Below are positions 1 through 12,988 of a DNA stretch of 64,000 bases, piece after piece (position 1 is the stretch's first letter; the number at the start of each line of letters is the position of its first letter). Where the stretch lies: the NCBI RefSeq assembly GCF_039654945.1, contig NW_027361703.1, positions 53,072,001-53,136,000 of the forward strand, written 5' to 3'. Made by a program: the position numbers and the translations under genes. The notes under the pieces were generated by a model. The model did no database searches. It was not told the DNA's origin and was given only the letters and a program-made list of their open reading frames with translations. This DNA comes from Dendrobates tinctorius (taxonomy: Eukaryota).

Positions 1-1842
1 CAGGAATAGTCACAGCTGGAAGTCTTGGCCTAAAGTGCATGTCATAAGGTTGTGACATTACGATTTGTGCAGAGACCTTACAACGTGCACTCATGGCCGG
101 AACTTCAGGCCTAGCATAACACTGCAACATGCAGCTGCAGTAAGTAAAGGCACAGATGATCATATGGGGACAGTGATTAGCGCAGTTGAGCTGTAAGGTG
201 AGCATTAGTTTTTTGTTTTTTTTCTACATCTTTCCAGACCCCAGGGCATAATTAGGGACATTCAATTGGCAGAGAAAAAATGTGTTACAAATGGAATTTC
301 CTGCTTTAACCTGCGTGATTTGGCGAATTTGAATCTTGTCAGATACGCTTATCTCTAGTTAATAAACTAAGCACTATGAAAGTTGTAAAGCATTACCAAA
401 GGCTTACTTTCATAAGTAAAAATTATAGACATACATCATGATCACCCAGCTAGACATCTTGTGTAAATTTCCATGTTATTGCCTATTTTATTCATACAAA
501 AGTTACTGTCTATTATTTTGCATTTAGATTGTGTTCATCACAGATGTCCATAAAGCGGGCTTCACAGAGCAAAATAAATAATGTGTGTAACTAAACGGAT
601 TTACTTAAAAACAGAAAAGATTGTAGTAGGGAGATATTTGATGCATTTCTACAATACCATGATGAAACAAGATAGTTTTATTGTAGAAATAGGAAGTGTT
701 ATGTTCTTTTCATATTAGAATATTTCACTTGTCTTCACTAAAGATTTCTTATCTAGAATGAAGTCTTGACAAAATCTCCATGTAGTGGCAACAGAATTGA
801 ATACTATATGTAATGAAGCCACAAAGCCTCACAGGATTTTTATACAGTCATTTAGTAAAAAGAAAATGTTTTCTTTGGGCTGTGACTCAAAGAATGGAAT
901 GAGTCTATAGATTTTACTACTGTGACAAACTAGCATGCAGTCTATACCAGTGTAGTGTTCAACCTATATAATATGTTCACTTTATATGGACTACTAAATG
1001 GAATTTATGTATTCTAACTAAAGACACACAGTTCACAATGATAAAAGATGGCACTGGAGCAATGTAAAAAATCCTGATTTATTCCTAATAACTACAGGGT
1101 AATCTTCTGTAAAGCATATAAAAGAGAATGAACATGGCTATATGGATTAACTTCTCTTGTGCCTAGAGCTCTTGAAAAGCTATAAAATTGTTCTTGTAGG
1201 TTTATTACCATTGATAAAGTTAAACAAAAGCAATAAAATGTTAAAAAGCTGGTAATAATGGCATTTTCATCACTGAATTTATGTATTAATGTGCAATTTT
1301 ATTCAATAATAATTACAAGTATATGCAGACAGCAGAATATTAAATATGTAGTCTTAAGCAATTTTTTTAACACAGGTGTTGTCTCATCAATGATATTATT
1401 GACATAATGGTAGGTTATTGGTAGGTTAGGCCACTGATCAGCAGGATTCAATCACTGTTGCCCCACCACAGGTAGGACTAAGGGGCAGCTTTGATAGGTA
1501 AGTAACATATCATTTGGTTGATTTCTTGAACATTTTGTTGACATCATGACTTCATTAAGCTTCTTTCAAGTCTCTTCAGACTCTACAGAAGGGATAGTGA
1601 CACTATGTTCTAATGTTCTACAAATATTCTAACCATCAATAGATATCAATCAGATTTTGTTTAGTAGAACATTGGTACAAATGTGTCTTTAATAAAAATA
1701 AAACCCTTTCATAGGGAATCTGTCAGCAGGTTTTTGCAATATTATCTGCTATAATGACAAGATAAATATCTAAACTGCATGCATTAATAGGTGAATGCGG
1801 CAATGGCCACTAATGTATATGAGGAAGATAATGTAATTGTTA

Positions 1843-2433
1843 TATGAATCAAAGGATCAATGCAAGTAGATGGCTTCCTTCCTTATAAACTAACCTCAAT
1901 GCTCAAATTAACACTCAATAGTGGTAAGAAGGCAGCACAATGTAGAAATATAATGACAAGATAAATATCCAAACTGCATGCATATATAGGTGAATGCGGC
2001 ACTGGCCGCTAAATAGTCCTATTTGTCAAAGCTAGACATAACAATGCATGAATTATAACTACCTGAATGGTGTTGCCGCAAGACCCTTTCCAGGCGTCCC
2101 TTCACCCGGACGCGCGTTTCACCACCAGCAGATGGAAGAAGATGGTGGCGAATCGCAAGTCAGGGTGAGGGGATGCCTGGCACTGGTCTTGCAGCAACAC
2201 AATTCAGGTAGCTATAATTCATGCATTGTTATGTCTAGCTTTGAAAAATAGGATTATTTAGCGGCCACCTATATTTAGCACCTACAGTATATATGCATGC
2301 AGTTTGGATATTTATCTAGTCATTATATTTCTACCTTATGCTGCCTCCTTACCACTATTGAGTGTTAATTTGGGCATTGAGGTTAGTTTATAAGGAAGGA
2401 AGCCATCTGCTTGCGTTGATCCTTTGTTTCATA
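1843..2433. repeat. ~590-bp imperfect palindrome, Penelope-like inverted pseudo-LTR type
   Basis: 1843-2127 is the reverse complement of 2142-2433, e.g. GATGGCTTCCTTCCTTATAAACTAACCTCAATG versus CATTGAGGTTAGTTTATAAGGAAGGAAGCCATC. A ~60-bp direct copy of 1951-2012 lies at 1752-1813. GACGCGCGTTTC near the centre resembles half of a PLE hammerhead. Confidence 0.75.
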
Positions 2434-2456
2434 GAATCCTTCAATTATCCTCCTAA

Positions 2457-2903
2457 GGCCTGTTTCACACTTCAGTTTTTTTGTGTCAGTTAAAATCCGC
2501 CAAAATGGCGGAAAGCGGATACGTTGCTAACTGATGTGAACGGATGACACCGGACCGTTTTTTGACGGATCCGGTGAATGAAGAATTTTAAAGGAACCGT
2601 AGCACGGGGAGGGGAGGGAGAGAGAGAGAGAATTTTTTCCGTCTGCCAGAAAGGATTTCAGGGTTAAATTTCCGGCTGACTTCCTTCCTCCGGGCATGCG
2701 CACTGTAAAATGCGGATCCTGCAGCAAAAAAAACGTTGCATGGTCCGTCCAGGCATGTCGGCGGACGCAAAAAATTTGGCGGATCCGCAAAAAAACGGAT
2801 CCAACGGATGGCCATCCGTCAAGATCCGCCGGTAATGCAACTCAATGGGGAAAAAAACGGATCCGCCAAAAAAATGGTCAAAAACGGAAGTGTGAAACAG
2901 GCC
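2457..2903. mobile_element. PIF/Harbinger-type MITE with CGGATCCG subterminal motifs
   Basis: TIRs GGCCTGTTTCACACTTC / GAAGTGTGAAACAGGCC, flanked by TAA and TTA. Several internal CGGATCC(G) motifs. Ends resemble those of 57465-61388. Confidence 0.85.
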
Positions 2904-3466
2904 TTAGATACATTCATGTTTTGACATTTTCTGCCCTCCTAGTTTGCCCAGCTTCCCCTATGGTATTACTGCTTTCTACATCATGCACTTTTTATACCTT
3001 GTGTTTTTATAATTATTTGTAATAAAATTTAAATATTTTAACTCTATTGCTGTATCTCTTCCTTTTCCCCATATTTCCATTTATGGGTTGGTTGTTATAC
3101 TTTGCTTGAAGTGCCCCCTCCCCAATTGGGATCTTGTTGAATCATTAAGCTGTGTGATGTTGTTTACTTAAACTGTAGACTTTATTCCCAGGACATTATC
3201 ATTGCTGTGACTAGCTAAAATCAAAATAGTACAGGAGGGCAACAAAAAATGGAAGGGATACTGCTAAGACCTGTCAAAACACAAGACTAAGAATACAGAG
3301 AGAAAAAGCTACAGGCCATGTACACAGGGATCAACTTAAATAATCAAATATTTTATTTGGTACAACAGAAAACCAATAAACACACGTAAAAACATTTAAA
3401 AGGCATAAAATGATATAGATACTATGCAAATTTGCTAGAGCTGCATCCCTCAGAGAAGTGACATGA

Positions 3467-3984
3467 TGTGACACTAGTCACTACTCATGGATAGGCCATA
3501 AGGCAGAAGAGTCAGACATTCTGAGGTCAATACTGAGAGAGTATGTAATCAAGGGAAAAGACAAAGGTGTAAGTCAGGTAACAGTCCAGGGTCAATAACA
3601 AGAGATAGCAAAGCAAAAGCTGAAGGACAAGACAAAGGGGTAGTCAGAACATGGTCCAAAGGATCAGGCAGCAGAAGAACAGAACTCAGAGCAACAGAAT
3701 CTTGCTAACACTCACCAGTAAGCACAAACTACATCTGACAGGGATCAGGGGCAGACAGCTCAGTTAAATAGTTATGCGATTACCAGAACACTGAACACTT
3801 GCAGAAAGTCCCGCACGTCACAGTCACAGATTGGGCAGCAGAGCTGTCAATCAAAGCACCAAAAGCCGAGCAAACCCCCCTAAGTATTGGATAACCAAAC
3901 TGTCAATCAAGACACAGACAGCTCAGCAAGACAGTTTCCATAGAACAGCATAGCAATCATTCACTGAGCGGAGGAGTCGTGACA
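3467..3984. mobile_element. Solo LTR
   Basis: TGTGAC...GTGACA ends; 5-bp TSD CATGA / CGTGA (one mismatch). Confidence 0.6.
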
Positions 3985-4364
3985 CGTGACATAAATACTT
4001 GATGAAAAAAATGGATATGCCCATATACAACAGTGTATATACTGTACAAGTGGATAAGATCAGTACAACAAAAAAATCAAAAAATAATCATTGTACATGT
4101 GTCATCAAATAGACATCATAGAGACACTAAGTGCAGTAAGTATGTGATAATACTATAATACAATTTAAAGGGTGCACAAAGAATATACAATAGCCTGTAC
4201 ACTGATAACATCAGAGAAGTTCAGGTGTAACCTGTATAAATATAAATATACCGCACCATACAGGACCATAAGACACACCTAGGTTTTAGAGGAGGAAATT
4301 AAGAAAAAAATTGAAGCAAAAAATGTGGTTGATTCTGTGCTTAATATCCCCTACCTGATATATA

Positions 4365-5921
4365 AACTGTGTTCCAAATTATTATGCGAAAAGAGTTTAG
4401 GAGTGATAAGGTTAGAATTTTTTTGTTTGTCATTTAAACTCATTGATGGTGATGTGTGTCAGGGCTCTTTATATTACTGAAAGCAATTGCAGATACCTGT
4501 GCAAATTAGCTTGGCAGGTGTGTCCAAATAAAGGCAAGACTACTTATGAAGGCTGTTCCACATTATTAAGCAGCCTACATTTTTTGTCAAAATAGGAAAG
4601 AAAAAGGATGTGTCGGCTGCTGAGAAGCAACAAATTGTGGAGTATTTAGGTCAAGGCATGACTACAATCAACATTGCCAAGACACTTCACCGTGATCATC
4701 GCACAGTCAAGAAGTATGTCGCTGATTCCCAGCACACACGTGTGCGTGCTGATAAGGAAAAATTGAGGACTCTTTCCAACAGGCAATTGCGTCAGGTTAA
4801 AAGAGCAGCTGCAAAAATGCCTTGTCATAGCAGCAGACAAGTTTTTGAAGCTGCTGGTGCCTCCAACGTCCCCCGAACAACAAGATGCAGGGTCCTTCAG
4901 AGGTTTGCAGCTGTGCATAAGCCATCCTGTCGACTACCTCTATCCACTGCACACAAGCATAAATGGCTCCAGTGGGACAAACGATACATGAAGACTGACT
5001 TCCAAACTGTTTTGTTCACCGATGATTGCCGTGCAACGCTCGATGGAGAGGAGGATGGCTGGTTGATGGACACCCCATGAAAACACGGCTAAGGAGCCAA
5101 CAAGGAGGAGGTGGAGTAATGTTTTCAGCTGGAATCATGGAGAGAGAGATTGTTGGCCCCTTTAGGATCCCTGAAGTGGTAAAGATGATCTCCATAATCT
5201 ATGTGGATTTTCTAAAACAGCACTTCCTGCCATGGTTCAAGAGCAAGAACCGTGCTTTCCGCAGCAAGATCATTTTCATGCATGATAATGCACCGTCTCA
5301 TGCTGCAAATAACACATCTGCATCTCTGGCTGCTATGGGCATAAAAGAGGACAAACTTATGGTGTGGCCACCATCTTCCCCTGACCTCAACCCCATTGAG
5401 AACCTCTGGAGCATCATCAAAAGGAGTGTCTATGATGGCGGGAGGCAGTTCACATCTAAGCAACAGCTCTGGGAGGGTATTCTGTCCACATGCAAAACAA
5501 TTGAAGCACAAACCATCCAAAAACTGACAAATTCAATAGTCGAGAGAGTTCAGAAGCTTCTTTCGAGCAAGGGTTCCTATGTGCAAATGTAACATCACCT
5601 AGAATAAAGTTTTGACTTGAAAACTGTTTGATTTCATTTTGTAATAAGCTGATAATGCTTATAATTTCACAATTGACCATTTTTTGGTTCAAAATAAAAA
5701 TAAAAAGGTTGAAAACTCTGCTGTGCATAATAATTTGGAACATGCATTTTGAGTGTTTCTTATTTTTAAAAATATACTGTTTTCATAGGCAGTTTGTTCA
5801 AAAACATTGCAATTATACTAGAATAGTAGATGACTGGAAAATAACAATAACTGCAATTCATATAGTTAATTTAGAGAAAATATGAGGAAATATTTTTTGC
5901 ATAATAATTTGGAACACAGTT
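4365..5921 (+). mobile_element. Tc1/mariner element, DD37E (TRT-like), full length and defective
   Basis: TIR AACTGTGTTCCAAATTATTATGC and its reverse complement; TA TSD; transposase inside. Confidence 0.9.
4592..5592 (+). pseudogene. DD37E Tc1-like transposase pseudogene
   Basis: ORFs 4610-5080 and 5026-5592 give an HTH region, VLFTD, FMHDNAPSH and [15 protein letters not shown]. There are 37 residues between the second D and the E. The start codon reads ATA at 4592, and there is a frameshift/deletion near 5045. Confidence 0.9.
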
Positions 5922-5924
5922 TAT

Positions 5925-6820
5925 GATCCCCTCATTCCCAACCTAATGCACATGGCCCCCTCATCCCTATCCTGATATACATGGCCCCTTCATCCTATCC
6001 TGGTATGCATAGCCCCCTCATCGCTATCCTAGTGTGCATGGCCTCCCTCATCGCTATCCTGGTGTGCATGGCCCCCTCATCCCTATTCTGGAAGAAATGG
6101 CCCTCCTCATCCCTATCCTGGCAGGAATGATCACCCTCATCACTATCCTAGTATGCATGGCCCATCCCTATCCTAGTATGCAGGGCCCCCCATCTCATCC
6201 TAGTATGCATGGCCCCATCCCTATCCTGGTATACAGGGCCTCCATATTGTCCTAGTATACATGGCCCCACCCTTATCCTGGTATGCAGGAACACCATGTC
6301 GTCCTAGTATGCATAGCCCCATCTTTTCTTAGTATGCATGGCCCCATCCTTATCCTAGTATGCAGGGCCCCCATCTCATCCTAGTGTGCATGGCCCCATC
6401 CCTATCCTGGTATGCCGTGCCCCCATCTAATCCTAGTATGCATGGCCTCCTTCCATATCCTGGTATGCAGGGCCGCTATCTCATCCTAGTATGAATGGCC
6501 CCTATCCTTATCCTTTTATGCATGGCCCCTATCCTTATCCTGGTATGCAGGGCCCCCATCATGTCCTAATATGCAGGGCCCCATCCTTATCCTGTTATGA
6601 AGGGCCCCATCTCATCCTAGTATGCATGGCCCCATCCCATCCTAGTATGCATGGCCCCATCCCTATTCTGGTATGCAGGGCCCCCATCGCATCCTAATAT
6701 GCATGGTCCCATCCCTATTCTGGTATGCAGGGCCCCCATCGCATCCTAGTATGCATGGTCCCATCACTATTCTGGTATGATTGGCCCCTATCCCGGTCCT
6801 GGTATGCATGGCCCCCATCA
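5925..6820. repeat. ~26-bp minisatellite (GCATGGCCCCATCCCTATCCTGGTAT-like)
   Basis: Tandem degenerate units are directly visible. Confidence 0.9.
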
Positions 6821-6849
6821 GAAAACATTAAAAAAAAAAAAAACTTTTA

Positions 6850-7410
6850 CACTTATCTTCCCGGCGCTCCCTCTCAGCGGACTGCTCCGTTGCCAGCAGA
6901 TGCTTTATGCTTGTAAGCAATGCATGGCAGGGACATCATGCGCTGCTTGCAAGTCGAATTGCAGTTACTGGAATACTCACTGCTCTGCATGCCGAGACTG
7001 TGCACGCAGAGAGCAGTTAGTATTCATTGCTCTTCAGTAGATTGCAGTGTCAGCCGGAGCCTTCCTGCAGCTGCCGGAGGTCACGTGTGCCACTACTTAA
7101 GAGAAATGAATATTCACCTCTCTCCACACCCAGAGAGGTGAATATTCATTTCTCTTAAGCAGCGGCACGCGTGACCGCCGGAAGTTGCAGGAAGGTTCCG
7201 GCTGACACTGTGCATGCTACTGAGGAGCAATGAACACTCAATGCTCTCTGCATACACAGTCCCGGCGTTCAGAGCAGTGAGTATTCTAGCAGCTTTTCTT
7301 CGGCTTGCAAGCAGCGCATGACACCCCTGCCATGCACTGCTTACAAGCATAAAGCAGCTGCTGGCAACAGAGCAGGATGCTAAGAGGAAGCATCAGGAAG
7401 GTAAGTGTAT
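6850..7410. repeat. Internal palindrome of the pogo-like element
   Basis: The centre GAGAAATGAATATTCACCTCT...AGAGGTGAATATTCATTTCTC lies near 7127; the arms pair out to ~6850 and ~7408. Confidence 0.8.
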
Positions 7411-8332
7411 TTTTTTTCATGTTTTCTGATGGGGCCATGCATACCAGGATGGGGGTGCGGGCCAATCATAAGGATCAGGACATGCATACCAGGACCAGGG
7501 TGGGGGCCAAAATCATACCAAGATGCTATTACAGAGAAATGAATATTCATTGCCCTCCATACCCATGGGCGTGGAATGCAGTGAATATTCATTTCTCTTT
7601 AGCAGCAGGTACAAAAATCAGCCGCAGTAGCCGCCTCCTGCCTTTGTGACCCGCTGTTCCACCGATGCCACTTCCCCCACCTCCCCACCACAGCCAGAGC
7701 TGGTATATCCGGACTATAAAATGCACCCCCCATTTTCCTCCACATTTTTGGAGGAAAAAAGTGCGTCTTATAGTCCGAAAAATATGTTAAATCCTCAAGT
7801 AGCAAAAAACCATATAGGGATAAATGCAAATGGATAGAGAGAGTATTATATGAAAACACTATGAACACACACTGTAATAATGTGGCACAGTCCAGTAGAA
7901 AAAAGTGCAATACAAGCAAGTCATGATAAAGTGCATTTATAAACAGGGAAATCCGACAAAGCATAAAGTGCAATTTTTAGACAAGAAATGTCCAATGACA
8001 AATAAATGGACACATGATTCCACCTAAATAAGAGATGAGATACATACGATCTTACTAAAGACCTTTATTTATTTTGTTGGCAATTAACATTTAAATTGTT
8101 GTAACATCAACCTTCTTTGATGGACAATTTGCCTATGGATGAGAGGCAGACCTTCAGGGATCTTATTGAACTTCTAGAGGAAAATGAAAACCCTCAGATG
8201 AGGGAGCATTTTTCTGGGATCTTCTTTGATGCATTATTTAGAGATACACAACAATTGAAATTAGACCCAAACAAAAATAATAATATCAGTAAGTCTGAAC
8301 ATGATGCTATACATAAATTGAGTGTCAATGGG

Positions 8333-9292
8333 TGTTAGGCATCGAGTTTCCGGCACTGCACAGGGGGAATCTCAAGCCATGTCCTCTGCAGTCTCCCATT
8401 CTTCTGCAGTCGCAGAGGCTACTGCTCAGCAGAGATGTTGGTCCTAGCATCTTGCTCAGGCTAATGCTATGTGTCTGGTTGTTCCTGCTGCCCCAGGTTC
8501 AGCTATAGCATTCAGCACTAGTCAGCGGCAAGCAGACACTCCTGGGACTAAGTCCTGCTTTTCTCCATCTGAGCATGCTCGCGAGATTACCGCTCATTGG
8601 TGGTCGGAGGACACATGCTCATGTCCTCTAGCAGCTCGGATTGGGCCATCAGGAAGGTCTTGGAAGGCTGCAGTTATAAAAGGATCGCACAGCCGCATGG
8701 CCGTGCGCTAGTATAGACAATATGGAGTGAGTGTTGTATGCACGTAGGAATGTCTCTGGTGACTGACTCATTATGAAACCCCTATCCTTGGTACGCATGT
8801 GTTGATAAGCCTTGCCAGGTAGTGCCTAGGCTGATAGTGCAGGTAGGAGGCAGAGTCAGGGCCTAGCTTCAGCGCCAAGTAGTGGCTTTGCCTGTACACC
8901 ACTGTGCACTTGGTCTGCACTCCACAATAGCCAGTGTTTATTAGTGGTGTTCACAGGTGCAATGCCGTGCATCTAGTGGGTCTAAAGAGGATCTTACCCG
9001 ACGTCTTTGGGCAGAGTCTTGTGACCATGAACTAGCGCTGACTCAGCTATGTCCTGTGACAATTAACAGGGTACGGAATCTGTGTTATGTGGTACCGTGG
9101 CTGTATGAAGCAACAGAACCCATCGCTACAACATACTGGGTGGCGTTTAATCCATGTGTGTCCAGTGCGATACCGCCATTTAGTGTCCGCATTACCGAGC
9201 AGCAGTTAACATCTCTGCACGGTGAACCCCAGGCTGGGAACGCACCTAATTACCATCTTTTTATTATTTGGTGCGTTCCGCCAGCCCTAACA
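8333..9292. mobile_element. Solo LTR, same family as 62747-63718
   Basis: TGTTAGG...CCTAACA ends; degraded 5-bp TSD ATGGG / ATGAC; TATAAAA near 8676; similar to 62747-63718. Confidence 0.8.
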
Positions 9293-9357
9293 ATGACGAC
9301 CTTATGATCAGAGAAGCGGACAAGGGGGGTAATATTGTCATCTGGCCTGTTGACTTA

Positions 9358-10213
9358 CAATATATACTCGTGTATAAGCTGACTTTTTCAGCACATTTTT
9401 TTGTGCTGAAAATGCCCCCCTCGGCTTATACATGGGTCATTGTCCCAGAAGATGGCAGGGTGAGGGGGAGCGGCAGAGCAGCAGGTCACAGGAGGCAGGA
9501 GTCGGCGGCTGCGGCTGTAACTATGCCCGCTGCTAAAGAGAAAGGAATATTCACTGCACTCGCAATGAATATTCATTTCTCTTATACCACGCACACAGCT
9601 CCAGCCAGAGTCGCTGGCTTCCAGCAGCTGTAAAAAAATAAAAAACACGATCACATGTCCCGGCTGAGTGGAGAGAGGTAAATATTCATTACCTTAATGA
9701 GTGGGGTCACGTGATTGCTGGAGCTGCTTGAAGCCAGAACAACAAGATGCTGCGAGTGCATGCAGGGAAGGTAAATAGGAGTTGTTGTTTTTTTTATTCT
9801 ATTTTTATGCTTTTCTCATGGGGAGTCAAGCATTCAAGGATATGGATGAGGAGCCATGCAATCAAGGAGAGTGATAAGGAGCCATGCATACAAGGATAGG
9901 GATAAGGAGCCATGCATACAAGGATAGGGATAAGGAGCCATGCATACAAGGACTGGGATAAGGAGCCATGCATACAAGGATAGGGATAAAGAGCCATGCA
10001 TACAAGGATCGGGATAAGGAGCCACGCATACAGGTCAGGGATAAGGAGAAATGCATACAAAGATAGGGATGAAGAACCATGCATACAAGGATAGGGATGA
10101 GGGAACAATGCATACTCAGCTTATACTCAAGTCAATACGTTTTCCCAGTTTTTCATGGCCAAATTAGGTGCCTTGGCTTATAGTCGGGTCGCCATATACT
10201 CGAGAATATACGG
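9358..10213. mobile_element. pogo/Tc2-like MITE with ~29-bp minisatellite
   Basis: Ends CAATATATACTCGTGTATAAG and ATACTCGAGAATATACGG; TA TSD (9356-9357 and 10214-10215); GGAGCCATGCATACAAGGATAGGGATAA repeats at 9830-10110. Confidence 0.8.
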
Positions 10214-10826
10214 TATATGTCAAGGAAGCTAAACACCAACTTAGCAATTCATCTTCTTACCAGATCTTACCATCTGATCCCACCTCGTGCTCTAAATCCA
10301 AATTGGATAATCTTTTAAGAACTGCATTGCAATGTGACATTGTAGGATTCGGCCAGGACGAACTGCTTCCTGTCAGTGGAACACACACCAGCGTTTCTAC
10401 TGACTTCCGGGACGCGCCACCCTTCCCCCGCCCCACGGGACATATAAATCCACACACTACCCTGCCACAGCACAAGGCAAGTGGCGGATACCGCGCCCTG
10501 ATGGCACGCATTAACTCCTGACCACCACTGGTAAGTCCCTTCACATGGCGTCCTCTGCCTAAACTGGCCATTGTTATTTTCTGTACAACAGCTCTCTCCT
10601 TTATTAAACAACAGGCACTGGGGACTTCACACTTACTGACGGGCTCCTGTGTTGGTAAGCTTAACTCTTTAGCAGAATTCATGTATACTATATTTATTGA
10701 GGTACTCTTTTGGATTCTTTATCACACATTTCAGCTACCTCCTGTCTCTGTCTCATCTGACTCATCTGAGCTGTGCTCCACTTATTTTATTTATTTTTTT
10801 CTATTTCAGCCCCCAGAAAATATATA

Positions 10827-12433
10827 CAGTGGGGAAAAAAAGTATTTAGTCAGTCAGCAATAGTGCAAGTTCCACCACTTAAAAAGATGAGAGGCGTCTG
10901 TAATTTACATCATAGGTAGACCTCAACTATGGGAGACAAACTGAGAAAAAAAAATCCAGAAAATCACATCTTCTGTTTTTTTTCATTTTATTTGCATATT
11001 ATGGTGGAAAATAAGTATTTGGTCAGAAACAAGCAATCAAGATTTCTGGCTCTCACAGACCTGTAACTTCTTCTTTAAGAGTCTCCTCTTTCCTCCACTC
11101 ATTACCTGTAGTAATGGCACCTGTTTAAACTTGTTATCAGTATAAAAAGACACCTGTGCACACCCTCAAACAGTCTGACTCCAAACTCCACTATGGTGAA
11201 GATCAAAGAGCTGTCAAAGGACACCAGAAACAAAATTGTAGCCCTGCACCAGGCTGGGAAGACTGAATCTGCAATAGCCAACCAGCTTGGAGTGAAGAAA
11301 TCAACTGTGGGAGCAATAATTAGAAAATGGAAGACATACAAGACCACTGATAATCTCCCTCGATCTGGTGCTCCACGCAAAATCCCACCCCGTGGGGTCA
11401 GAATGATCACAAGAACGGTGAGCAAAAATCCCAGAACCACGCGGGGGGACCTAGTGAATGAACTGCAGAGAGCTGGGACCAATGTAACAAGGCCTACCAT
11501 AAGTAACACACTACGCCACCATGGACTCAGATCCTGCAGTGCCAGACGTGTCCCACTGCTTAAGCCTGTACATGTCCGAGCCCGTCTGAAGTTTGCTAGA
11601 GAGCATTTGGATGATCCAGAGGAGTTTTGGGAGAATGTCCTATGGTCTGATGAAACCAAACTGGAACTGTTTGGTAGAAACACAACTTGTCGTGTTTGGA
11701 GGAAAAAGAATACTGAGTTGCATCCATCAAACACCATACCTACTGTAAAGCATGGTTGTGGAAACATCATGCTTTGGGGCTGTTTCTCTGCAAAGGGGCC
11801 AGGACGACTGATCCGGGTACATGAAAGAATGAATGGGGCCATGTATCGTGAGATTTTGAGTGCAAACCTCCTTCCATCAGCAAGGGCATTGAAGATGAAA
11901 CGTGGCTGGGTCTTTCAACATGACAATGATCCAAAGCACACCGCTAGGGCAACGAAGGAGTGGCTTCGTAAGAAGCATTTCAAGGTCCTGGAGTGGCCTA
12001 GCCAGTCTCCAGATCTCAACCCTATAGAAAACCTTTGGAGGGGAGTTGAAAGTCCGTGTTGCCAAGCGAAAAGCCAAAAACATCACTGCTCTAGAGGAGA
12101 TCTGCATGGAGGAATGGGCCAACATACCAACAACAGTGTGTGGCAACCTTGTGAAGACTTACAGAAAACGTTTGACCTCTGTCATTGCCAACAAAGGATA
12201 TATCACAAAGTATTGAGATGAAATTTTGTTTCTGACCAAATACTTATTTGCCACCATAATATGCAAATAAAATGAAAAAAAAAACAGACAATGTGATTTT
12301 CTGGATTTTTTTTTCTCAGTTTGTCTCCCATAGTTGAGGTCTACCTATGATGTAAATTACAGACGCCTCTCATCTTTTTAAGTGGTGGAACTTGCACTAT
12401 TGCTGACTGACTAAATACTTTTTTTCCCCACTG
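10827..12433 (+). mobile_element. Tc1 element, DD34E, full length
   Basis: ~200-bp near-perfect TIRs starting CAGTGGGGAAAAAAAGTATTTAGTCAG; TA TSD. Confidence 0.95.
11193..12216 (+). pseudogene. Tc1 transposase (DD34E) with a single +1 frameshift
   Basis: Motifs RSGAPRK, WSDETK, DNDPKH and SPDLNPIE are present. One extra G near 12040-12043; the shifted frame continues [10 protein letters not shown]...NKGYITKY* to TGA at 12214-12216. Confidence 0.93.
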
Positions 12434-12988
12434 TATATAAAAAATACTAGAATCGCTAAGTGATTTGAGGCTTTTTACATACCATGGTACCACAGGTAGC
12501 TATTCCTACTTGTACTATGAACTTAGTCTGCTCACAGTGACCCAGACTAGATGCCATTTCATCTATTTATATATATTATTTTTGTTACAGTCGTAGGTAT
12601 CACTTTATGAACACTTCTCTAGGAATTGCTGTTCACTTCAACACCAATTTATTTTTGAGGTAGCTATTCTTCAATAGAATTTTTTCATTGGCTACACATA
12701 CCATTCCGCCTACTAAATTTTTTTTTTTTTCTACTAAAGCCTCTCTATTCAGGAACTTGTTATTTCAGTTTTGGGTATATCTACACGCTTTCTCCTCTTG
12801 TGACAGCAGTCGGGTAGGTCCTCCTAATTCCTCCTCCTGTCCCTCTTCCTCACTCCATGTAAATGTAACACTGATATCATCACGGGCTATGCATGATCAT
12901 TTAATGCAACACAAAGTCATGCAATATGTATATACTTGTCCCTAATTTTATGAGGACTTATTCTTTATTTTTGCTTTTGTGTAAATTG

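Larger units (their letters stand above)
4251..7787. mobile_element. pogo/Tc2-like non-autonomous element with minisatellite and internal palindrome, interrupted by a Tc1
   Basis: TA-flanked. The right end GTGCGTCTTATAGTCCGAAAAATA pairs with a degenerate left end (GGACCATAAGACACAC). Minisatellite at 5925-6820; palindrome at ~6850-7410. Confidence 0.6.

Noticed and set aside
1-1700. AT-rich, apparently unique sequence (also ~26.4-27.0 kb)
   Set aside because: No ORF or structure that I can support, apart from a small MITE end near 340-358. Conservation cannot be judged without alignments.
11102-11842. 246-aa minus-strand ORF
   Set aside because: Antisense shadow of the Tc1 transposase.
12480-12950. 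Possible decayed Penelope RT core
   Set aside because: Only a vague resemblance; no motif could be read with confidence.
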